55,946 bases of DNA. Origin: Promethearchaeota archaeon. Its GTDB lineage: Archaea > Asgardarchaeota > Lokiarchaeia > Sigyniarchaeales > SOKP01. The DNA is taken from assembly GCA_016839585.1 (NCBI GenBank), contig JAEOTZ010000045.1, forward strand, positions 1 through 55,946, written 5' to 3'. Made by a program: the position numbers and the translations under genes. Positions 29,108 through 37,264 of the stretch are shown here, piece by piece (within the stretch, counting starts at the first letter, position 1; each line of letters starts with the position of its first letter). The notes under the pieces are model-generated. The model made no database searches, had not been told where the DNA came from, and saw only the letters and a program-made list of their open reading frames with translations.

Positions 29108-29560
29108 ATGGTAAAAGTAAAATATGGAACTCAAGAGTTTGCGGATGCCTATCGTGATGCCCTCAATAAAAATGAGAATTATAGGGACGCTGCTGCCGAT
29201 TGGGAAGGGGATTTTGTCTGGGTAGCTACTCCTAGCGGAAATTTAGACCATGAACAGAGAATGTGGATTGGACTTTATCATGGAGAATGTACAGGTTGTA
29301 AGAAATTAAATCCCGACGATAAAGTAAAACTTTTACAACCAGGAGAAAAACCGAGTGGAGAAGGCTATGAAGTTGAATATATATACACTACTGATTATGT
29401 AATATGGAAAAAAATTACTCTTGGTGAAGCAGATTCTATTAGAATGATGTTAAGTGGAAAAGCAAAACTCGAAGGAGATATGGCTAAAGTAATGAAATAT
29501 ACTAGAGCCGCTGCTGAACTAACAGTTGCAGCTCAACAACTTGATATAGAATGGCTTTAA
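29108..29560 (+). CDS. SCP2 sterol/lipid-binding domain protein
   Basis: YRDAAADWEGD; MMLSGKAKLEGDMAKVMKY. Confidence 0.8.
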   Translation: MVKVKYGTQEFADAYRDALNKNENYRDAAADWEGDFVWVATPSGNLDHEQRMWIGLYHGECTGCKKLNPDDKVKLLQPGEKPSGEGYEVEYIYTTDYVIWKKITLGEADSIRMMLSGKAKLEGDMAKVMKYTRAAAELTVAAQQLDIEWL

Positions 29561-29687
29561 ATAATAAAAAGCTATTCTTTATTCTTTTTATCTTAGGTTT
29601 TTATATATTGAAAATAAAAAGATTTTTAAAAGAAAACGTTGAACCAATAATATTGAAATTCAAATATAAAAATTAAAATAAAAATAA

Positions 29688-30212
29688 GTGAGAGATTTGG
29701 TAACTTTAGAAGGTAAACCTACTCTGTATCTCATCATATATGTAATTGTAGGTATTTTACATATATTTATTCCCGTATGGGGTGTTGTTATTGATGAACC
29801 ATTTAATATTGCTACCTTTTATTGGTATTGGGGATTCGTTTTTCAGTCTGTGGATGGTGATATTAATACTGGTACCATTGGTAATGAAGATATACTATTT
29901 GCAGGTAGAACTGCTATGATAATGATGATAATTTGCTTTATAATCCTACTAATAACTTTTATTTTAGCTAGAGCATTAGACATTTTTAAAACTGAGAAAA
30001 ATCTAAGTCTTTTTGGGGTTTTATGGCTTATAATAGGAATTTTATTATTAATTGCTCCATCAATATATGTTGCAGAAGTAAGAGATGTAATATTTGATGA
30101 TTATAGTTGGGGAGTAGGAATATATTTTTCGTATGCTCTAGCAGTTGTACCTTTATTACTAGGAATACTTATTCTCTATATGAAATCGAAAGGACAAAAA
30201 ATTGGAACTTAA
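29688..30212 (+). CDS. Four-TM membrane protein with claudin/PMP22-like topology
   Basis: TM1, Trp-containing loop (PVWG...YWYWG), TM2, TM3, YSWGVGIY, TM4. Confidence 0.55.
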   Translation: MRDLVTLEGKPTLYLIIYVIVGILHIFIPVWGVVIDEPFNIATFYWYWGFVFQSVDGDINTGTIGNEDILFAGRTAMIMMIICFIILLITFILARALDIFKTEKNLSLFGVLWLIIGILLLIAPSIYVAEVRDVIFDDYSWGVGIYFSYALAVVPLLLGILILYMKSKGQKIGT

Positions 30213-30294
30213 ATTCATATAAATAGAAACTTTAAGAAGTTAAGAAATATTTTTTTTATCTCTTTTATTTTTTTTTTATTAAATAGGTATCTAC

Positions 30295-31548
30295 TTAACG
30301 CCATTCAGTACCACATAGACCACATTTATATTTCTTACCGTACATTCGTGGATAGGCAAGGATAATGTGAGTTTTATCAGGCATTTCCCGGATAAGAGCT
30401 TTATTAGCATTTCCACATTTTGGACATCTGCGCCTTCCTTCAGAACTTCCTGCCAAAATTGGTTGTTTTTCTTTTACTAGTTCAGGAGAAAGAATCGATT
30501 TCAACTCATCGACCGTAATATGAGAAGAAACAACTTCTTCTAGCTTAACCTTCAAGATATCGGTATCCGCTGCAATCTTTTCTTCCACCTCCAATGAAGG
30601 TTCTGTTGATTGTTCAGTCTCAACTTTTAAAGGTTTTTGAGTAGGGATCTCAATTGCTTCTTGAGATAGAGGAATTGATATCGCTGCTTTCACCACTTTT
30701 TTATCTTTTTCTTCCAGCCTTTTTTTTTCATTCTCAAGCTCGACTACTTGTTGTTGTAAAATAGCGATTTCTTCTTCTAATTGTGCAATGTCTGGTTTCT
30801 GCATCTTTAAAAAGTCAATATTATTTCTTAATAAATTGGTTTCGTTTACCAATTCATGGATTTTCTCATTTTTTTTAAGAATCACATTTTCTAATCTATT
30901 AACTTCTTTCATCAAGTTTGCTATAGTATTTCGGGTGCTCTCAATAAATTCAATATCAGGTTTTTCTTTTTCTTGGGTTAGTTTATTACTATCCTCTAAT
31001 TCAGCAATCTTTGCTTCCAATCCTATAACTTCTTCCTCCAATTGTGCAATTGTAGCCAATTCAGTTTTTAAATCTCTGATATTATTTTTTAACAATCTAT
31101 TTTCTTCTTCTAATTCAGAAGCTTGATTTTTTAATGGTTCAAGATTTTTCTCTAATCTATGATACTCTTCTGTTAAATTTTCGATTTTTTTAGTATACTC
31201 TTTTAAAATCATGGGATCCACTGTTTCACCTAAATTTTCTTTTTGTTTCGATAATTCGAGATTAAAATCATCAATTTTTTTTTGTAAAATTTCACTTTCA
31301 TAATCTTTCTGAGCTAACTCTTTTCGTTGTGAAGAAACCATATTTTTTAAAATAGTAATTTCCTCTGATTCATTTAAACTATCGATGGTAACTTTATCAC
31401 TTAATAGGGTTCGAGGTTTCTGTTCTTCTAATTGGGCTTTCAACCTATTAATCTCATTATTCAATTTTTCTATAGTCTTTTCTAATACTGCTCTGTTCCT
31501 TTCTTCTTCTTCAGCTTTATCAATTATATCCTTTAAATTTTCGCTCAT
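30295..31548 (-). CDS. Long coiled-coil protein with C-terminal zinc ribbon
   Basis: About 280 aa of heptads; CPKCGN...KYKCGLCGTEW. Confidence 0.8.
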   Translation of the reverse strand: MSENLKDIIDKAEEEERNRAVLEKTIEKLNNEINRLKAQLEEQKPRTLLSDKVTIDSLNESEEITILKNMVSSQRKELAQKDYESEILQKKIDDFNLELSKQKENLGETVDPMILKEYTKKIENLTEEYHRLEKNLEPLKNQASELEEENRLLKNNIRDLKTELATIAQLEEEVIGLEAKIAELEDSNKLTQEKEKPDIEFIESTRNTIANLMKEVNRLENVILKKNEKIHELVNETNLLRNNIDFLKMQKPDIAQLEEEIAILQQQVVELENEKKRLEEKDKKVVKAAISIPLSQEAIEIPTQKPLKVETEQSTEPSLEVEEKIAADTDILKVKLEEVVSSHITVDELKSILSPELVKEKQPILAGSSEGRRRCPKCGNANKALIREMPDKTHIILAYPRMYGKKYKCGLCGTEWR

Positions 31549-31742
31549 CGTATTAAAATTTCCATAATTTTATTTAAACATTTCCAATTTTCTAGAAAGA
31601 TAATAGAGTTCGAATTAAAAAATTTAAGGAGACTAGATTATAATTTAGATATTAAAGCTTTATAAATGTTTAAATATTTACTCTTGTTACTTTAACGTTA
31701 AATCTTTCAATAAAAATAAAAAAGAAATGATAGGTAATTAAA

Positions 31743-32339
31743 ATGGAAGAAGTAAGTGATGAAGTTTTCTGGAAAAATAAAATTAAACAGTATTCGAAAA
31801 TATTCGCCATTTGTATAATCGCAGTTATAGTATGTGCTATTGGAGCAATTCTAGTCCTTGTTTGGTTTATAGAAACCACTCCACTTCCAGGAGTTGGAGA
31901 TGGAATTCCTCCAAATACTTTTGATGATTGGACATTGAATTATGTTGTTGGTTTTGTGATTTTAATAATTCTATGGGAGTTATTATTTATAGGAGTTCCA
32001 GCAGCCCTATTTTTTGGTGTAGGAGGATATCTATGGTGGAAGAGATTACCTGATGAAGAAAAACAAGTATTCAAAGATAGAGAAAAGAAAGGGAAAAAAT
32101 ACAAACACCCAAAAAATGCGGGAGGTAGTGGAGGCTTTTCCCTTTTTATGTATATAGCATACTGTATCGTTATTGCAATTGATGGAAACTACAATACCAG
32201 ATTTGGGCTATTAGATTACAGTTATTTCATTTATGCTTGGTTTTTTACTATTATGTGGCTTTTGATAATTTTTGGCGTTCCTGTGGCTATTATACTGTTG
32301 ATTGTTTATTTTAAAGTATGGAGAAAAAAATCAGAATAA
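31743..32339 (+). CDS. Four-TM membrane protein, unknown function
   Basis: Hydropathy; two similar 2-TM halves around a basic loop. Confidence 0.7.
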   Translation: MEEVSDEVFWKNKIKQYSKIFAICIIAVIVCAIGAILVLVWFIETTPLPGVGDGIPPNTFDDWTLNYVVGFVILIILWELLFIGVPAALFFGVGGYLWWKRLPDEEKQVFKDREKKGKKYKHPKNAGGSGGFSLFMYIAYCIVIAIDGNYNTRFGLLDYSYFIYAWFFTIMWLLIIFGVPVAIILLIVYFKVWRKKSE

Positions 32340-32418
32340 AATTTTTTTATTATTATTTTTTTTTATTATATTCTTTTTTTGTATAGAACCTCTTATAGTC
32401 AAGAACAAAAGATATTAA

Positions 32419-34692
32419 TTATAATTTAGGTTGAAAGACTTTTTTCTTTATCAAATTAAGGATTATTTCGGCCTCTTTTGCATCAAAATCCTTTCTTATT
32501 GATAAGAGACTAGTTACAGTAAAATAATCCTTGTTTTTCTTTCTCATAATCACTTTAGCGCGATTTACCATGGATTTTTCATCAGACTTAAGTTTTATAT
32601 CTAGTTTAATTATTTCTAATGGATATATCAACGCTGTTTGTAAATGTTGTTCAAGTAATTCACCAATATCTTTAAAAGGGATTAAATTTCCATTAAAACT
32701 TTCAATTATATCACCATATCTTTTATCAATATCATAAGATAACGCTTTGATAGATTCTAAGAAGTCCTGGGAAGGTTTTTCTTTCATAATAAGCAAAATT
32801 CTAAAACTCTTAAATTCTGACATTAAGATTTTTGAATCTTGATATTCCAATTTTATTGTCTGAGATTGTTCACCAGCTCCAGTTAATTCAATACCAAAAC
32901 TACGAATTGCTTCAAGAAATCCTGCAACTAATGAAGCATCAATGGATTTGCCAGCTAAAATTTGTTCGTACAAATTTAACCCAGACTTTTTATGTGTAAT
33001 AATAAAATAATCTAAATTTAATACATCCATATATTTATTAAATATGCTCTGTCTGTATGCCTCGTGTTTTCTCTTAGTATTTTTAACAAGTTTATATGTG
33101 GTAAAACTAGCAATTGACAAAAGAGCTATAGAAGACACTATTATAACAATTAGCATGGGATCTAATACAAAAGGGACAGTAATTTCAAATTCTTGGGTAA
33201 TAACTCCTGCATCTGTAGCGTTATTCCAGAAAATATAAGCCTTATAAGTTCCCTCATTGGGATTAGATGGAAGTTGATAAGTAAGTAAGAGATCCTCTGT
33301 TCCGATTGACTCTATAACATAAATTACATCTGATTGAGCTGGATAAGCTAATGAATTAATTAACCTAAAAGTAATATTTCCCGGAGGAATTGGAGAAAGA
33401 ATAGAAAATTGTATTTCTTGACCCGCGCTAAACTTTGTTTTTTGTACATTTAAAGGAAGTTGTATATTTGGAGAATTTGCTGTTATTTTCCAATCTGCAC
33501 CCTCTATTATTGTATTATTTGGAAGTAATATAAAATAATTTATTGGATCTTTTATGATATCTATTGTAATATTCTCCCATCCAAATCCTATATCTCTATA
33601 TATAGTTAAATTATACCAACTGTTTGGATATATAAATTTAATCGAATAATTAGAATAACATCTATCGAAATTTTGAGTCATTGTCCAAGTATTTTTCAAA
33701 TTCTCTTTAATTGATAATTCCCACACTGTATCAAGAATATTTTGAAGTTTGATATGATAACTTAAATTGAATAATAACTCAGGGACACGATTATTTACTA
33801 TTGGTATATTATATATTTCAGATAAAGGGGAAATATCTTTACTAATATTTAATTGACCAGTTCCAGGTTCTGTTCCATTTAAGATGGGATAATTAATACC
33901 ATCAATAATTGCACTCATATTAATTTCCTCCGGATCAAAAGATTCATTTACTCTTTGAATTAATTTATATAATAAAGGTTCTCCAGTAGCTTCTAAGTTC
34001 CATTTTGCGCCATCATGTTTTGATGTATTCAGATTATTAATAGAGCCACTATCATTAAAAAACCAATCATAAGCTGTTTTATCTATGGGAATATTCATTT
34101 CTGTTCCATTCATTACCAGATAATATTGGCCAATTGAAAGTGGTATTGGGTTTTCGAAGGTTTGGATATACCAATCAAAATTATTAGTCATATTTATTGG
34201 TACTGCTCCATAAATATTATCATCTGGTATGCCTTCTGCGCCATTATACCCGTGTATTTGTATGTAGGTCGGAATTGATGGAGCGCCACCGCTACGAACT
34301 CCATATATATATACTCCAAAAATTTCCGTCGGTACAGTAATATTAATTTGAACACCATATCCGGGATCACCTTTATAACCTACTGTTTTGCTATCCTCTC
34401 CCTCTTCTTCAATTGTTATAATTTCTTTTCCTAATTTTATATCAGTAAAATTCATTTCAATATTTGTTATATTCCATGAAGCAGATGGTAATGGAATATC
34501 TATTGAACTTATACTATTACTTGTATTTATGTTATCTGCAAATTCAAGCATCTGGAAATTTGAATTGATTTCAAGGGTTTCATCATTATACTGAGCATTA
34601 GCAAAATTAGCACTATATATTAAACTTAGTAATAAAAGTGTTATGAAAGTGAAGCCTATTATAAAATTTCTTGATTTATATGCCTTTTCCAA
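32419..34692 (-). CDS. Single-pass receptor-like protein with cytoplasmic longin-like domain (array copy A)
   Basis: Signal peptide ...NFANAQ; sequon-rich ectodomain; TM; YFIITHKKSGLNLY...LVAGFLEAIRSFG. Confidence 0.8.
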   Translation of the reverse strand: MEKAYKSRNFIIGFTFITLLLLSLIYSANFANAQYNDETLEINSNFQMLEFADNINTSNSISSIDIPLPSASWNITNIEMNFTDIKLGKEIITIEEEGEDSKTVGYKGDPGYGVQINITVPTEIFGVYIYGVRSGGAPSIPTYIQIHGYNGAEGIPDDNIYGAVPINMTNNFDWYIQTFENPIPLSIGQYYLVMNGTEMNIPIDKTAYDWFFNDSGSINNLNTSKHDGAKWNLEATGEPLLYKLIQRVNESFDPEEINMSAIIDGINYPILNGTEPGTGQLNISKDISPLSEIYNIPIVNNRVPELLFNLSYHIKLQNILDTVWELSIKENLKNTWTMTQNFDRCYSNYSIKFIYPNSWYNLTIYRDIGFGWENITIDIIKDPINYFILLPNNTIIEGADWKITANSPNIQLPLNVQKTKFSAGQEIQFSILSPIPPGNITFRLINSLAYPAQSDVIYVIESIGTEDLLLTYQLPSNPNEGTYKAYIFWNNATDAGVITQEFEITVPFVLDPMLIVIIVSSIALLSIASFTTYKLVKNTKRKHEAYRQSIFNKYMDVLNLDYFIITHKKSGLNLYEQILAGKSIDASLVAGFLEAIRSFGIELTGAGEQSQTIKLEYQDSKILMSEFKSFRILLIMKEKPSQDFLESIKALSYDIDKRYGDIIESFNGNLIPFKDIGELLEQHLQTALIYPLEIIKLDIKLKSDEKSMVNRAKVIMRKKNKDYFTVTSLLSIRKDFDAKEAEIILNLIKKKVFQPKL

Positions 34693-34753
34693 ATATAAAA
34701 CCCTGAAGAATTAAAATTGAAATAAAATGTCTAACAATATAGTCTAAATTTGT

Positions 34754-34779
34754 CTATTTAAATTTTGATTTTATTACTT
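34754..34779 (-). promoter_or_regulatory. Conserved promoter block (TTTAAATA) upstream of copy A
   Basis: 26 bp identical to 37179-37204 inside otherwise diverged spacers. Confidence 0.6.
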
Positions 34780-34840
34780 CTAGGATTCATTAAAATAAGT
34801 TGTTTTTATTCAAAATCGAAGAATTGAGAGATTAATAAGG

Positions 34841-37120
34841 CTAAATTGCTACTTGAAAAATATTTTTCTCTATTAATTTAAGAATGATTTCAATATCTTT
34901 AGGGCTACAAGTTTTTTCGGGTATCAAATCTTTAAGATAAAAGAATTTAGTACCATTTTTATTCATAATTGATATCGCAGTATTTATAACAGACTTTTCA
35001 GAGGGGTAAATTCTAATTTTTTCTAATTTATCTATATTAACAAGTTTTAGAGGATATAAAATTGAAACATTTAGGTGCTTTATAAGTAAATCCTCAATAC
35101 CCTTAAATTGCCGAACATCTCCATTAAATTGATCAATCATATTCCCGTAATTCTTATAAGTATCATAAGCTAGATCTTCAAGGGAATAGAGCAAGTATTT
35201 TGATGGACTTTCTTTCATTATTAAGATTAATCTAATATTTATGAATTCACTCACTAGTACAATTGAATCTTTATATTCTAATTTTATAGTTTGAGATTGA
35301 TTTTCAACTTTCATTAGTTCAATTCCAAATGAAGAAATGGCTTGCAAAAATCCAGAAATCAATGTACCATTTAATTCTTTAATAGCAAATTTTTGTTCAT
35401 AAATGCTTAATCCAGAATTCTTATTTGTCACAATAAGATAATCAAGGTTCATAATGTCCATACATTTACTAAAGATTTTCTGCTCTTCCTCAATTTTTCT
35501 GGTTCGAATCTTTTTAATTGTTCTGTATGATATAATACTAAATGCTGATAATCCTAGTGCAAGTAGGACAATTCCAAAAATAGTTAGTGGATCTAAGGTG
35601 AATGGGACTGATTGAACTATTATTTGGAATTTTTGAGTAATTACACCTGCATCCGTAGCATTATTCCAAAAAACATAAGCCTTATAATTTCCCTCATGGG
35701 GATTAGATGGAAGTGTATAATTTAGTTTAAGATCCTCTGTTTCGATTGAATCTATTACATAAGTTTCATCTGGCTGAGCTGGATACCCAAAAGTATTAAT
35801 TAACCTAAAAGTAATATTTCCTGGAGGAATTGGAGGCAGAACAGAAAATTGTATTTCTTGACCCGGGTTAAACTTTTCTTTTTGTACATCGTAAGGAAGT
35901 TGAATATTTGGAGAATTTGCTGTGATTTCCCAATCTATATCCTCTATTATTGTATTATTTGGAAGAAATATAAAATGATTTATTGGATCTTTTATAATAT
36001 CACTTGTAATATTTTCCCATCCAATTCCACTGTTTCTATATATAGTTATATTATACCAACTGTTTGGATAAATAAATTTAATAGAATAATTACAATAATA
36101 CCGTGAAATTTCAGGATTTAAAGTCCAAAGATTGGCAGGATTCTCTTGAATGAATACAAAACCTTCGGTATTTAAGAAATTTTGTAATTTAATATGAAAA
36201 CTTAGATCAAATAATAATTCAATTGATCGATTATTATAGATTGGTATATTAAAAACATCACTATTGGGAGAGATATTTTTATTCACAATAATACTTCCAT
36301 TTCCACTAATTGAAAATAACGATCTATCAATATCTAATGTCATATTTATTTCTTCAGGATTAAATGATCTATCTACTCTTTGGAATAGTTTATATAGAAG
36401 AGGTTTACCTACATCTTCTTCAGACCATACCCCGCCATCATAAAATGCTGTATGTAAATTGGTGTTTATAGATCCACTACCGTTAAATAACCAATTGTAA
36501 TCTGATTTGTCAGTAGGAAAAGTTAATTCTGATCCGTTAATTACTAAATAATAGTTTCCTGGAGAGAGTGGGACTTCATATTCAAAAATTTGTTGATGCC
36601 ATCCTGGAGTAGAAATATTTATTACGGTATTTCCTAGAATATTTTCATCTGGAGAATTGGTTGAAATATTATATCCTTGTATTTGAACATATACTGGTTG
36701 ACGTGGAGTCCCAGTTATATAGCCATAGATATAAACACCAAATAGTATAGTAGGCTCAATAATATTGATTTCAACACCATATCCTAATTTACCCCTTGAA
36801 TCTATTCTATGAATATTTTGACCGCTTTCTTCAACTGTTTTTATTTCTTTACCTAATTTTACATCTGTAAAATTCATTTCAATATTTGTTATATTCCATG
36901 AAACAGATGGTAATGAAATATCTATTGAACTTATTCCATTACTCGTATTTATGTTATCTGCAAATTCAAGCATCGGGAAATTTGAATGGGTTTCAAGGAT
37001 TTCATCATTATTCTGAGCATTAGCAAAATTAGTACTATATATTAAACTTAGTAATAAAAGTGTCATAAAAGTGATTCCTATTATAAAATTTCCTGATTTA
37101 TATACCTTTTTCAAATACAA
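34841..37120 (-). CDS. Single-pass receptor-like protein with longin-like domain (array copy B, chimeric; start likely TTG at 37114)
   Basis: N-terminus and membrane-proximal ectodomain match A; TM and cytoplasmic tail match C. Confidence 0.85.
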   Translation of the reverse strand: MYLKKVYKSGNFIIGITFMTLLLLSLIYSTNFANAQNNDEILETHSNFPMLEFADNINTSNGISSIDISLPSVSWNITNIEMNFTDVKLGKEIKTVEESGQNIHRIDSRGKLGYGVEINIIEPTILFGVYIYGYITGTPRQPVYVQIQGYNISTNSPDENILGNTVINISTPGWHQQIFEYEVPLSPGNYYLVINGSELTFPTDKSDYNWLFNGSGSINTNLHTAFYDGGVWSEEDVGKPLLYKLFQRVDRSFNPEEINMTLDIDRSLFSISGNGSIIVNKNISPNSDVFNIPIYNNRSIELLFDLSFHIKLQNFLNTEGFVFIQENPANLWTLNPEISRYYCNYSIKFIYPNSWYNITIYRNSGIGWENITSDIIKDPINHFIFLPNNTIIEDIDWEITANSPNIQLPYDVQKEKFNPGQEIQFSVLPPIPPGNITFRLINTFGYPAQPDETYVIDSIETEDLKLNYTLPSNPHEGNYKAYVFWNNATDAGVITQKFQIIVQSVPFTLDPLTIFGIVLLALGLSAFSIISYRTIKKIRTRKIEEEQKIFSKCMDIMNLDYLIVTNKNSGLSIYEQKFAIKELNGTLISGFLQAISSFGIELMKVENQSQTIKLEYKDSIVLVSEFINIRLILIMKESPSKYLLYSLEDLAYDTYKNYGNMIDQFNGDVRQFKGIEDLLIKHLNVSILYPLKLVNIDKLEKIRIYPSEKSVINTAISIMNKNGTKFFYLKDLIPEKTCSPKDIEIILKLIEKNIFQVAI

Positions 37121-37178
37121 ATCCCTGAAGATTTAAAATTATACAAAAATGTTACCAAAAAATATAATCTCAATTAAA

Positions 37179-37204
37179 CTATTTAAATTTTGATTTTATT
37201 ACTT
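37179..37204 (-). promoter_or_regulatory. Conserved promoter block upstream of copy B
   Basis: Identical to 34754-34779. Confidence 0.6.
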
Positions 37205-37264
37205 ATACAATTCATAAATAATAATTAATAAGTATTCAAAATTAAAGAATTGGAGATTTTAAAA

